From a virus, in the IMG/VR virus record IMGVR_UViG_3300037235_000042, positions 34,272 to 98,271 of that record: a DNA stretch of 64,000 nt; one strand, written 5' to 3'. The first letter of the stretch is position 1. Each line of letters opens with the position of its first letter. Both the position numbers and the translations under genes were made by a program. A model generated the notes under the pieces. The model ran no database searches, was not told the DNA's origin, and saw nothing but the letters and a program-made list of their open reading frames with translations. Shown here piece after piece: positions 35,347 through 44,514 of the stretch.

Positions 35347-37551
35347 TCAATCTTCTTCTGAGATCGCTCCGCCGCCTTCGTGATGGTTCAAGTTAAGCAG
35401 ATCACGCATTGCCATCACGGCATCAGGCAAAATATGACGGTCCTTCATTCCGTAGTTAGCATACAATTCACGTTCAGCTCCAGCAGCGTCAGGGGAGTGT
35501 ATCGGCGACCAGCAAGTGTTGGCCTTCATGGCTTGGACCGCTATTATGCGCCAGGGCAATTTCACTTTATAACGGTCTTCCATCTTCTGAATCAGGTTCT
35601 TCCCCTCTTCTTCGGAAGGGACTTGTTCGATCTGTCGCATGTACTGATCGTAGATCGCATAGACGGAAGGAACCTTGGGCCTGTTATCCTCTGTCCTTCC
35701 GCTGGAACCTTCGGATAGTTGACCACCGAGCGCCAGACGTTCTCGAAGCGCGGTTAGCCCGATCCCCGCACTCATTACCATGTCATCGTTGTTGTCGATT
35801 CCTGCGACCTTGATCTGGTCCTCGTAACGTCCGAAATCGCGCATTTCTTCGATCAGATGTTTGTCACGAATGATAACGGTTTTATCGATCAGGGCTTGAT
35901 TCATCCGGTTGATCATCTCCGGACGGGTCTTCGAAGAGGTCATCCAGTGGAAGTAGAGAGTCAGGGCGTTGGTGACCTTGTCGAGATGCTTCCAGCGATA
36001 GAGGTTAGGGTAGTCTAGTAGCCATCGCAGATCGTTACCGGTTGTGATCCCGTATCCCGTGTACTCAACCGCGATCTCGGCCATGTGATACCAGACGCCA
36101 AGAGCGGCGAGGACTCGGGCGTAGTGGGAAGGGTCGATCAACCCATGCCATGAGGCGACCTGAACATCAGGCTCGCCCAGAGCGCCAATCCGCCAGACGC
36201 AGGCAGCCGAGAAGTCTCCGCCGTCGCCTGAGCTGCAATCCGCGCCGATGTAGTACTCGACCGCGTCGGATTCGTCCGGGAGTTCCCAGACCCAGAGACG
36301 GTCGAGGAATTCTGCTTTGTCTAGGAGGTCATGTTCTTCCGGCGGACGGAGTTTCGGCCCGAGGCTAGAGCTGAACGTCGGTTGAGTATCGCAACTAGTG
36401 AATTGAATCTCCCCAATTAAGATCGGTGGACGGCAGTTCTGCGATTCCTGTTCGTTCAGGCATTTCCGAGGAAACGCACAGAGGCCTGAGGAGACGAAGG
36501 CTTCGCCAGGGGTTATGGGGTAGGACTCGGCGTGAGTTTCGTCCGAGCCGGTAGCGTTGATCGTAGCTTGAATCTTCCGCCGACGCCATTTGAAGAAACT
36601 GGAAGGGATGGTGAAGTTGTCGAGTTCTTTCACCTTTAGACGGATGGTTCGTTCGTCATCGGTTAGAGTGAATTTCTCCCCGGCTTTCAAGGGAATGGAA
36701 TATTTCCGGACTTTGTAGACTGGAATGAAGATCGGCGTCCATTCAGATTGCCCACGTTCCGCTGCCATCCACATGTTGTAGAACAGGCCAGAACGCCCGA
36801 ACGCTGTGGACTCCATGATCGCCAGAAGGTCACGGGCGTTCATCGAAGGCTCGATGTCACCTGTCCAAACGTCGGCATCAGGCCAGCGGCTGACTTCACT
36901 CGCATGCAAAGTTCTCACGGTCCGACCGATTAGGACCCCGGATTTTCTTTGAGCATTGGATACAAGCAACGTAGAATCTAGTCCTGGATCAGTCTGCCGT
37001 TGTCTCTCATCCGTCCGGGTGAACATCATGTGGCGTTCTTGCTGGACCGAGCCCCGTTCTGGCTGCATCCACCAAGGGAGGTTGTCGTAGGCATAGGTTG
37101 AACGACGCCAGAGTTCAGCGGTGGTTTCTTCGTCCTGGGCCATAATTACCGAGAACACGCGAGGCTCGAAGATCGTCCGGTGGAAGACGATCCCGCCGAC
37201 GAAGGTGGTTCCGCCGGTTTGCCTAGGCTTGAGAACGATTCCCCGGAAGCAACCGTCCTGCGCCCAGCCTTTTTCCATGGCCTCGAAGATGATTTCTTGT
37301 TGATCGAGGAACGGATACATGGTTTGAACGTGGCCGTGCTCGTCACGGATCAGGTGGTAGTTTTCCAGATAGTAACGACGGGAGAATTGACAGAGTTCGA
37401 TTTGTTTATCAACCCAGTCGAGTTCAGATTGATCAAGAGAATTCCAAGCTTGTTGAAGGTCGAAACCAGTTTTAGTCGGGAACTGGAGAAGTTTCTCGTC
37501 TAGCAGGTCAATTGCGTCATTTAGGTTGTTGTCTCTACGAGGAACTCTCAT
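35347..37551 (-). CDS. terL: terminase large subunit
   Basis: Walker A LKPRQTGGTT, Walker B LHASEV, MESTAFG coupling motif, nuclease YYIGADCSSG..DFS and NNDDMVMS. Confidence 0.92.
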   Translation of the reverse strand: MRVPRRDNNLNDAIDLLDEKLLQFPTKTGFDLQQAWNSLDQSELDWVDKQIELCQFSRRYYLENYHLIRDEHGHVQTMYPFLDQQEIIFEAMEKGWAQDGCFRGIVLKPRQTGGTTFVGGIVFHRTIFEPRVFSVIMAQDEETTAELWRRSTYAYDNLPWWMQPERGSVQQERHMMFTRTDERQRQTDPGLDSTLLVSNAQRKSGVLIGRTVRTLHASEVSRWPDADVWTGDIEPSMNARDLLAIMESTAFGRSGLFYNMWMAAERGQSEWTPIFIPVYKVRKYSIPLKAGEKFTLTDDERTIRLKVKELDNFTIPSSFFKWRRRKIQATINATGSDETHAESYPITPGEAFVSSGLCAFPRKCLNEQESQNCRPPILIGEIQFTSCDTQPTFSSSLGPKLRPPEEHDLLDKAEFLDRLWVWELPDESDAVEYYIGADCSSGDGGDFSAACVWRIGALGEPDVQVASWHGLIDPSHYARVLAALGVWYHMAEIAVEYTGYGITTGNDLRWLLDYPNLYRWKHLDKVTNALTLYFHWMTSSKTRPEMINRMNQALIDKTVIIRDKHLIEEMRDFGRYEDQIKVAGIDNNDDMVMSAGIGLTALRERLALGGQLSEGSSGRTEDNRPKVPSVYAIYDQYMRQIEQVPSEEEGKNLIQKMEDRYKVKLPWRIIAVQAMKANTCWSPIHSPDAAGAERELYANYGMKDRHILPDAVMAMRDLLNLNHHEGGGAISEED

Positions 37552-38236
37552 CTTTGATTACCTCTTCTTCAACATCGTCCTCGAACTCAGCGTCTTCAAT
37601 GAGCGGTACGGGATCGCTGGAGTCTACGTCATTGGTCAGGCCTCGGGCTTCGCGTTTTTTATGAATCCGGTCTTCGAACGACCGCCCGCCAATGTTGGTT
37701 ACGGAGCCGACTTGGGTGCCGAAGTTCACGTTAGTTTTAGATTCCTTGGACGCTACCATATCCCGGAGATCCTTGAGGTGTTCAATGACCCGAGCGCGAG
37801 TGTTGTAGTCAATTTCTACGATTTCGCGTACTACGTGTTTCTGAGTAGGTTTGCCGTCTACGAGGACTTCAATGACCTCGGAAATGGTGCGAGTCTTGGT
37901 CGCGGTGGCGAATTCGCCGATTATTTGATCCAGGGATTCGAAATGCTTCAGGATTATCTCGTGAGCTGAAGCGGTGACGATAGGGAGAGAGTTGATCTGC
38001 TGCCAGGTTGCGACGGCTTGGATAGACTCGCGGATTTTCTGGGGGTCGACCGGCCCGTGGGGTTCAGCCAGGGCGATATCTTCGTCGGTTATGCCCAGAC
38101 GGGATTTGGCGTAACGGGCGAAGTCCCGGCGGGAGGGCTTTCTAAGCGTCGTCTTCGCCTGAGGCTTGGAGATCGCCTCGGGCAGTCGGGTTGTAGTCGA
38201 CAAACTTTTCTCCGGGTTCGGGAGTTGCGTATTCAT
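37535..38236 (-). CDS. terS: terminase small subunit (putative)
   Basis: immediately upstream of terL; HTH-like N-half, acidic tail; start uncertain. Confidence 0.5.
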   Translation of the reverse strand: MNTQLPNPEKSLSTTTRLPEAISKPQAKTTLRKPSRRDFARYAKSRLGITDEDIALAEPHGPVDPQKIRESIQAVATWQQINSLPIVTASAHEIILKHFESLDQIIGEFATATKTRTISEVIEVLVDGKPTQKHVVREIVEIDYNTRARVIEHLKDLRDMVASKESKTNVNFGTQVGSVTNIGGRSFEDRIHKKREARGLTNDVDSSDPVPLIEDAEFEDDVEEEVIKDESSS

Positions 38237-38594
38237 CAGGTTTTAGACCGGCTCCATTTTGGGAGATTGTATCACGGTCGCTGAGCATGAACTTGGCGAG
38301 TTCGCCGAAGGCCACGCAGGCCTTCTCGATCCGGGAGGCGGAGAGGAGGATGGATTTCGAAGCCGATTCGAGGCCTTCACCGTTGAGCCGACTGATCATG
38401 GCCGTTAGGTCGGACTTGTGGAGTTTGAGGAACTCGACTAGATTGTCCTGCCGGGATTGCAGGTCGGACTGGATTTGGGTGATGGTTCGTCGAAGCTGGA
38501 GATTGGTCCAGATTAAGAGGCCAACGCCAGAGATCAAGACTGCGAGGAACAGTCCAGCGATCAGGGAGAGGACGACGATGCCGATAGTTCCCAA
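38142..38594 (-). CDS. single-TM coiled-coil protein (inner-membrane spanin-like topology)
   Basis: N-terminal 25-aa hydrophobic helix followed by heptad region. Confidence 0.5.
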   Translation of the reverse strand: MGTIGIVVLSLIAGLFLAVLISGVGLLIWTNLQLRRTITQIQSDLQSRQDNLVEFLKLHKSDLTAMISRLNGEGLESASKSILLSASRIEKACVAFGELAKFMLSDRDTISQNGAGLKPDEYATPEPGEKFVDYNPTARGDLQASGEDDA

Positions 38595-38831
38595 TTAATC
38601 AGCCTCGACCAAGGTTAGAATACATTGATCGTCACGGGAAGCGTCGTAACGGATACATAAGGTTCGATTCTTCAAGCGTTCCGCAATCTTGTCGGAGTTG
38701 GGGACTACTAACAGTCCTCCAGCTTCAGCGACCAAGTAGCCTAGAACATCGACTACGTCTTGGGCTATGTCGGTCGGGACATTGTCGTTGGTTAAATGGA
38801 TGGGTTGTTCGTCGTCTTCCGGTTCTGCCAT
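38595..38831 (-). CDS. hypothetical protein
   Basis: GGGAGG SD before MAEPEDD. Confidence 0.5.
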   Translation of the reverse strand: MAEPEDDEQPIHLTNDNVPTDIAQDVVDVLGYLVAEAGGLLVVPNSDKIAERLKNRTLCIRYDASRDDQCILTLVEAD

Positions 38832-39034
38832 TCGGCCTCCCAAGACTTCCCCCATTGATAATGAGCATGACGGCTCAGGTTGAATTCCCATTGCTGGTTG
38901 ACGAAGGAGATATAAGCGGTTAAGGGATCCTCGGCGTGGAGGAAACGTTGTGGGATGTAGGTTAGTGGGATAAGGGATCGGGATTTGACATAGGTTGTTG
39001 TCCCGAGGGATCGAGGTTTGAACATGACTGACAA
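38792..39034 (-). CDS. hypothetical protein
   Basis: fills operon gap; start uncertain. Confidence 0.35.
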   Translation of the reverse strand: MSVMFKPRSLGTTTYVKSRSLIPLTYIPQRFLHAEDPLTAYISFVNQQWEFNLSRHAHYQWGKSWEAEWQNRKTTNNPSI

Positions 39035-39038
39035 TGAA

Positions 39039-39821
39039 TCAACTCGCGATCAGGTTGAGATCAGCTTCCAGAGTTTTCAGGTCAAGTCCGCCAGGGGTCA
39101 ATTTTGTGACTTGGTTGAACCAGTCCTCGGTGATCAGGACGTATTCCTCATCGACGTATTGGGAACTCCACGCTGCCGAGGCCTTCTGATCCCACTTCGC
39201 CCAAGTCACGTAGTCGTCGCCGAGGGAGCCATAGCCAGGGTGTAGGATGGCATGCCCGCCTTCGATCTGGCCGTTTGAGACTTCCCATGATTGACCAGCG
39301 GCGAATTGGGTCTGGGCCGTGTCGGGAAGCTGAACGCCTGTGCAGGTCGCGCCGAACAGATCGACTCCCAGCCGACGATGGATGAGATTCGTGTGATCGA
39401 TCTGCGCCCATGCAAGGATTTTATGCCCGGCGATGCCGGTTGACTGTAAATAGGCGAACGCAGCAGTCATGGATGTCCCGTTGTCGTTCGCGCCGGTCGT
39501 GGGATCGAAGCCGGTGACGGCGCTGTAGGCTCCGAGGACGTCAGCGAGAGTTGGAATGACGACGTTTCCCGTATGAACAGTCGTGAGGATCAAGAAATCC
39601 GCCACCATAGCCCAGACGCAGCAGCCGTATCTATCGTTGCCGTACATCTGCATGGCTTCGATAGGAGTTTTGTACTCGCGGTAGACCTTGGAAGCCGGAG
39701 ATAGACCAGGGGCGTTCCACCTTTTGGCTATTCCTAAGCCGTTGATATGTGGAGTTACCAGATATTTGGCGAAGGATAGGGTTTTAGGGTGGAACGCCGG
39801 AGCGAGCTTGCCGAGCTTCAT
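39039..39821 (-). CDS. papain-like (clan CA) cysteine peptidase
   Basis: GNDRYGCCVWA catalytic Cys, GGHAI catalytic His, YVTWA. Confidence 0.7.
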   Translation of the reverse strand: MKLGKLAPAFHPKTLSFAKYLVTPHINGLGIAKRWNAPGLSPASKVYREYKTPIEAMQMYGNDRYGCCVWAMVADFLILTTVHTGNVVIPTLADVLGAYSAVTGFDPTTGANDNGTSMTAAFAYLQSTGIAGHKILAWAQIDHTNLIHRRLGVDLFGATCTGVQLPDTAQTQFAAGQSWEVSNGQIEGGHAILHPGYGSLGDDYVTWAKWDQKASAAWSSQYVDEEYVLITEDWFNQVTKLTPGGLDLKTLEADLNLIAS

Positions 39822-39830
39822 GGTTGATCC

Positions 39831-40457
39831 TTAGTTAAGCTTCGGTGCTGCCGGGCCGAAGTTCTGCTGCAAGGTAGCGTTGAACTGTTTTTTGAAGTCT
39901 GATCCGTTCTTGATCATCTTGTTGTTAGTGGCTTTGAACGTTACCTTGCCTTCGACGTTGTTGACGATGTTCTCTACGGAGGTGATAGCGGCAGAGATTA
40001 TGTTCACCGCCGCGACGACTTTGGCTTGGCTGCTGGGGTCGAGGACTTGGAACACGGGGAGGATGGATAACACGTCCTGTTGCGTAGTGGCGATCAAGGC
40101 GTTAATCTTCGCTTGGGTGGTTGGGTTGGTGGCTAGATCGCCCTGGAGCTGTTGGATCAGACTGCCCAGTTGGGTGACGTCGGACTGGAGTTTCGGTGCC
40201 CAGGTATTGACAGCGGAGGTGACGGTCGGAGGAACGCTAGTCCCAAGTAGAGGGAGGACGGAAACGACGATCTGAACCGCTGGGCCGACTTCTTGCAGGA
40301 TTGTATTAACGTTGTTCACCCAAGTTTGCACGTTGCAGGCGAAGCCGGAAACGAGGATGACCAGAGCCATCAGCAGGGCTAAGAGGGTGTAACGCGCTGG
40401 GCGGATGGAACGGTCGATTGCGATGCCGATCAGGGGAAAGCTCAACGTAGTGCTCAT
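39831..40457 (-). CDS. putative lipoprotein
   Basis: basic residues, hydrophobic core, GFAC lipobox-like site; helical body; AGGAG SD. Confidence 0.55.
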   Translation of the reverse strand: MSTTLSFPLIGIAIDRSIRPARYTLLALLMALVILVSGFACNVQTWVNNVNTILQEVGPAVQIVVSVLPLLGTSVPPTVTSAVNTWAPKLQSDVTQLGSLIQQLQGDLATNPTTQAKINALIATTQQDVLSILPVFQVLDPSSQAKVVAAVNIISAAITSVENIVNNVEGKVTFKATNNKMIKNGSDFKKQFNATLQQNFGPAAPKLN

Positions 40458-40494
40458 GGTAATTCTCCTATAGTCAAATTTAGTCAGCCCGTAA

Positions 40495-40980
40495 TCAGGC
40501 TGTCTGGGTGATCGTCACCCCGGTCAATGGTGTGATCACGGGAACTGGAACCGTATCTTGGAATGAGCCTACGACTACGGTTAGATTGAATGTCGTCAAG
40601 GTTGATCCCGCCGGAACTGATGCTACCACTGAGGTTCCATCTGAGGAAGCAGCCAAGGAAATCGACGGGTCTGAGGCTGTCCATTGTGGGGTTACGCCTT
40701 GCGGCAGAGATGCAGTCGATGGGACAGGTTCAACTTGGAAAGTTCCCTGACCGCCTACAGTGATACCGGTGATAGCCATGAGCTTGGCTCCTTTACGTTG
40801 AAATATTCTGACATTGGTTATAGGTTGAAGACGTTCCAGCAGGCTGAGAATCTGGCTTAACTGGAAAACGATTATGAAACAGGACGATATAACAACACAT
40901 GCCATGAAGGCAAGGAGTAAAATCTCCCAACGGTGTTCGGCGATGGTAGCTTGGCCGAGCGAGTAGAGCAGGGAGTTCAT
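40495..40980 (-). CDS. TM-anchored Ig-like (Big_2-like) protein; internal start at 40779
   Basis: TM at residues ~18-41; C-terminal PQWTASDPSI..DGTSVVA Ig module. Confidence 0.55.
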   Translation of the reverse strand: MNSLLYSLGQATIAEHRWEILLLAFMACVVISSCFIIVFQLSQILSLLERLQPITNVRIFQRKGAKLMAITGITVGGQGTFQVEPVPSTASLPQGVTPQWTASDPSISLAASSDGTSVVASVPAGSTLTTFNLTVVVGSFQDTVPVPVITPLTGVTITQTA

Positions 40981-41192
40981 TTGCGCCCGTTGCGGACATA
41001 GGTGTAGAGAGTCAATTTCTTGATGTTAAGATGCTTGAGCATCTTCTTCCCAGGTTGACGAACTCCGCGCAGAACATGAGCGATAAACTGATAGCTAACT
41101 CCGATGACCTTGGCGTATTCTTCGAGGGTACGGTCGCCCCTGTCTTCCTTGAGTAAATCGACGACTTGATCGGTGGTTAGGTATTCCGGCAT
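40977..41192 (-). CDS. XRE/Cro-like HTH regulator
   Basis: TLEEYAKVIGVSYQFIAHVLRGVRQPG. Confidence 0.75.
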   Translation of the reverse strand: MPEYLTTDQVVDLLKEDRGDRTLEEYAKVIGVSYQFIAHVLRGVRQPGKKMLKHLNIKKLTLYTYVRNGRK

Positions 41193-41202
41193 AGGCTACT
41201 AA

Positions 41203-41231
41203 AGTGTAGACGGATACAAAGATGGAGTCAA
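41203..41231 (-). promoter_or_regulatory. sigma70-type promoter, near-leaderless
   Basis: TTGACT-17-TACACT, 10 nt before ATG, no SD. Confidence 0.65.
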
Positions 41232-41238
41232 GGGGAAG

Positions 41239-41475
41239 TTAATCAAGTTTAGGCGGTTCCAGCCCCCATTCGGCCTGGAGGAACCCGATATCTCCTTTGA
41301 GGATTCTGTTGAATAGAGCAGAACAGGCCTCGTATGAGACCCGAATACAGCCGACTTTTATGGAGTTAGCGCGGAGTTCTACTTCCGGGTAGCGGATGGT
41401 TCCGTCGCTGTAGATGACGCGGAACAGGCCGTTTTCGTCGAGGGTGAGTTTCGCGCCACGGTTGGGTGGGGCCAT
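41239..41475 (-). CDS. hypothetical protein
   Basis: ORF in operon. Confidence 0.5.
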   Translation of the reverse strand: MAPPNRGAKLTLDENGLFRVIYSDGTIRYPEVELRANSIKVGCIRVSYEACSALFNRILKGDIGFLQAEWGLEPPKLD

Positions 41476-41476
41476 C

Positions 41477-41929
41477 TTATAAATCCTTCAACGACAATGA
41501 ACCACCGTTGTCGACGAACCACCCCTGCCGGAGCAACGGACCGATGAGGTTACTGGAACAATTGGAATAATCCATCTTCAGGGCTGCTGCCAGTTGTTTA
41601 CGGCGCATCGAGCCTTGGAGCATCAGGATATCGATGGCTTCGGCGTGGCGCGGGGGTAGCTTCTTCTTTATGGCATCCCACTTCGACGATTGAGTTTCGG
41701 ACGCGGAAGAGAGATCGTCGATATCGAACTCGCCGGAAGCGATCTGTTTCATCGATTTCACCAGAAGGTTGAGCAGGATCACGACGGCATCCCGTTTGAC
41801 GAGATCGAGACGGGATTCCAGCATCTCCAGCCGACGTTCCAGTTCGCGAACTCGGGACAGGAGTTCTACGTGGTCAGGGAGTTCGGAGTACTGAGGATCG
41901 CCGGAATCAAGCAACCGAGGAGACGACAT
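41477..41929 (-). CDS. coiled-coil + C-terminal winged-HTH protein
   Basis: GSMRRKQLAAALKMDYSN...LLRQGWFV. Confidence 0.6.
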   Translation of the reverse strand: MSSPRLLDSGDPQYSELPDHVELLSRVRELERRLEMLESRLDLVKRDAVVILLNLLVKSMKQIASGEFDIDDLSSASETQSSKWDAIKKKLPPRHAEAIDILMLQGSMRRKQLAAALKMDYSNCSSNLIGPLLRQGWFVDNGGSLSLKDL

Positions 41930-42162
41930 TATTTTAACCTCTTCAAAGTTTCTGGAAGTTTTACGATCTCGGCTCGTTTAGAATTACGCGGGAAACGTTT
42001 TTCTACCTCAGACCATATAGCCGAAACCACATCTGGACGCTTTTCGGTTAACCATTGAAATCCCAACTGTCTGGCGTATAAAAATCGACTTGTGGCATTA
42101 TTACGCTTAGGAGACGGAGACGACATCGCCCACCCCCGAGGTGATTTGTTTCGAGAAGCCAC
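41929..42162 (-). CDS. hypothetical protein
   Basis: TAATG coupling to next gene; start uncertain. Confidence 0.4.
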   Translation of the reverse strand: MASRNKSPRGWAMSSPSPKRNNATSRFLYARQLGFQWLTEKRPDVVSAIWSEVEKRFPRNSKRAEIVKLPETLKRLK

Positions 42163-42709
42163 GCCACGCCCGTTCAGTCATCGCCGTCGCACCGTAGATT
42201 TCCATCCAGCGCATGCAGTGGATCGTACCTCGAATAGCGAGAACGTTCCAGCGTTGTTCTTTGAAACCGTCGCAAGCTATAACCCGTTCGTGTTCTACAT
42301 TCTTCTCCCCACGAGCCCATGCCCGCGCCCGATCTCGATGCTTGGTTAATTCATGGAAGGCGACGATGTCTGGAGTCGGGCCATCGGGATGAACCCGCTT
42401 GGCTTTTTCCATGTAGGAACGGTCGATCTGCTGCACGGTAGGGACTTCACCGATGAAGCCAAGAGCTTCCTGCCACACGAAGTCGTTGATCGGCTTGAGT
42501 GACAGGTAGAGTGAGACTCCGGCATCTTCGCTGCTGGCATCGTTGCGGGTGATCAGCCATGAGGTCGCACCTAAAAGTTTGAGTTCCTTCTCCAGTATGT
42601 CTACGGATTGGAGATAGGTTTTCTTCCACGCCGGACGGCCCTTACGATCCTGGAAACGTGTACGCGGCCAGCCCTCCGGCCAGTTCAACGGGCGTTGTTC
42701 TTCCTTCAT
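42107..42709 (-). CDS. phage J-domain (HPD) protein
   Basis: PLNWPEGWPRT N-terminus; KAKRVHPD. Confidence 0.7.
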   Translation of the reverse strand: MKEEQRPLNWPEGWPRTRFQDRKGRPAWKKTYLQSVDILEKELKLLGATSWLITRNDASSEDAGVSLYLSLKPINDFVWQEALGFIGEVPTVQQIDRSYMEKAKRVHPDGPTPDIVAFHELTKHRDRARAWARGEKNVEHERVIACDGFKEQRWNVLAIRGTIHCMRWMEIYGATAMTERAWRGFSKQITSGVGDVVSVS

Positions 42710-42856
42710 CGGGATAGCTACCTTCCTTTATAACGCTTCCTCAACTTCCACCATTGCAAATAACGGATCAGTTGACAGAGTAAACAATCGTCGGTCTCGG
42801 AACAGGAGAGGATGTGTTCGCGGACATGGACAGGGTAGAAAGACACTGAACATAGT

Positions 42857-43225
42857 TTATCTGACCTTCTCCGCATGCGGTTCCTGAACGCACACGCCGT
42901 CGAACTTTAACCACTCCTTCATCTCGTGAAGTTCCATAGCACGGATTAAATTTATGATAAAACAATCGACGATCTGAGCGTCGTCCAAGCGTTCGAGGGC
43001 ATCGGAGAAAACAGAAATCTGCTGGCTGAGTTGGATCTCGACCTTCGGATTGTCGATGCTTGGCTGAGTCATCGTGCCTTGGAGGATGAAAGTTCGCCAA
43101 CGTTCAGGTTGGAGATGGCTAGGATCGAATTCATGCGGAGGAATAACTCTCAGTTCCCATCCGGGTTTGTAGGTAATGCGGGAGACGATAGATGAGAGCC
43201 GTTCGTAAGCAGACATCATGGTCAT
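42857..43225 (-). CDS. conserved phage hypothetical protein
   Basis: ITYKPGW and ELHEMKEWLKFDG..PH motifs. Confidence 0.6.
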   Translation of the reverse strand: MTMMSAYERLSSIVSRITYKPGWELRVIPPHEFDPSHLQPERWRTFILQGTMTQPSIDNPKVEIQLSQQISVFSDALERLDDAQIVDCFIINLIRAMELHEMKEWLKFDGVCVQEPHAEKVR

Positions 43226-43389
43226 TTCAGGAATTCCTCAATCTCCCTCGGACTCAGCGGTTCGATCTTCAACTCTTGCGTTTCGGCCCGGTCGAGCAGA
43301 GAGTAGAACCAGTCAAGGAAACGGTTAGACGGCGAGTTTGACGTCGTTGGGAGAGAAGAAGGATGAAAACTGGTGAAGATCCAAGACAT
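43222..43389 (-). CDS. 55-aa hypothetical protein (not in ORF track)
   Basis: MSWIFTS...EIEEFLK; AGGAG SD; ATGA overlap with next gene. Confidence 0.45.
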   Translation of the reverse strand: MSWIFTSFHPSSLPTTSNSPSNRFLDWFYSLLDRAETQELKIEPLSPREIEEFLK

Positions 43390-43421
43390 TCATTAGACTC
43401 CTAGAAAGTAGAATTAATCTA

Positions 43422-43742
43422 CTACCGTTTGGTAGAAATTGCAAGAACTTTTTTCCTCTTCCTAGCCACGTCTCTGGCTCCATTTCCGTTTCCGTTTCCA
43501 TTCCCATTTCCGTGACCGTTCCCGTTCCCGTTCCCATGACTGTTCCCGTTCCCGTTCCTACCCCCGGCCCCGTTCTGAACCTCCCCCGCTGTCCAATCCC
43601 ACGGCTTCAATCCTCGCCACTTCCTCCGGGCATCCACCCATTGATGAGCTTCGACGATCAGCTTGTCCCAGTCCGGATGGTTCAGGTGGAAGTTCTGGGA
43701 GAAGGCCTTGAAGCCGTGGCCTGGGCCTTGAGGAATGGCCAT
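43422..43742 (-). CDS. protein with Gly-Asn repeat tract and basic tail
   Basis: (GN)n encoded by a CCGTTC-type hexamer repeat at ~43480-43560. Confidence 0.5.
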   Translation of the reverse strand: MAIPQGPGHGFKAFSQNFHLNHPDWDKLIVEAHQWVDARRKWRGLKPWDWTAGEVQNGAGGRNGNGNSHGNGNGNGHGNGNGNGNGNGARDVARKRKKVLAISTKR

Positions 43743-43783
43743 CGGCGGATTTTACTACGCTTTCCCGAGAAGAATAAGCAGGA

Positions 43784-44242
43784 CTAGAATTCTCCTTCGG
43801 CGACTTGGAACACCCGCAAGCCACGGGCTCGGAACATATCGACGACCTGTTTACGGTCCTCGAACACGCCGCCGATCTTCTCGGAGTTGACTAATGGCCG
43901 CCATTTAGGGTCCAGCACGAACTGGTCGAGCATCTCCGCTTTGACGATGTAATCCTGGCGATAGTCTCCTTGCTTACGCATCAGTAACACATCGTAGAGC
44001 ACGTTTTCCCGTCCCAGCCAGCGAATGGTCTTCTCGCGGCATTCATCGCTTCGTCCGCTGAAGATGGCGATGTAATTCCCTTCAGAGTTCAACGCCCGGT
44101 TGATCTCGATGATTTCAGGGATGGGCTTGTCCTGATCGCAGGCTTGATAGAAGGAAGTCCAGTCGGCAGGTTTCGACTGGATGAAGTGAAGTCGATGGTT
44201 GAGGTTAGCGAGCGTGCTGTCGAGGTCGAAAATATAGATCAT
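43784..44242 (-). CDS. HAD-family 3'-phosphatase (T4 PseT phosphatase-domain-like, stand-alone)
   Basis: IFDLDSTL, FSGR, LLMRKQGDYRQD, FEDRKQVV. Confidence 0.85.
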   Translation of the reverse strand: MIYIFDLDSTLANLNHRLHFIQSKPADWTSFYQACDQDKPIPEIIEINRALNSEGNYIAIFSGRSDECREKTIRWLGRENVLYDVLLMRKQGDYRQDYIVKAEMLDQFVLDPKWRPLVNSEKIGGVFEDRKQVVDMFRARGLRVFQVAEGEF

Positions 44243-44514
44243 CTAGGAATCTCCAATTCCGACGCCACTCTACATTCCCGCGACGTCAGCAATAACCAAT
44301 AGAACACCATGAACATTTGACACTGTTCATTCCGGCAGTAGATCTCCTTATATATGGAGTCTTTCTCGTGCTGCCCGAGGCCGCCGGATTTGAACGAGAG
44401 ATCCTGACCGCATTCCGGGCAGGAGACGTGGATATGGAGGTTCAGCCCAGCGGGAGGGGGGTTGTCGGGGGACCACATCTCAATTCTTCCCCGTTGAAGT
44501 CTGGGTCGCTTCAC
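44239..44514 (-). CDS. zinc-ribbon protein
   Basis: CPEC...CRNEQC. Confidence 0.5.
   Translation of the reverse strand: MKRPRLQRGRIEMWSPDNPPPAGLNLHIHVSCPECGQDLSFKSGGLGQHEKDSIYKEIYCRNEQCQMFMVFYWLLLTSRECRVASELEIPR

Noticed and set aside
35347-37551. Intein in the long TerL
   Set aside because: No C...HN-C/S/T splice junctions or endonuclease motif; the extra length is terminal extension
38985-39013. TTGACATAGGTTG as an antisense promoter in the late arm
   Set aside because: No -10 element at 16-18 bp spacing
994-40750. Numerous plus-strand ORFs opposite structural genes
   Set aside because: Antisense shadows of GC-rich coding sequence with no SD or motif
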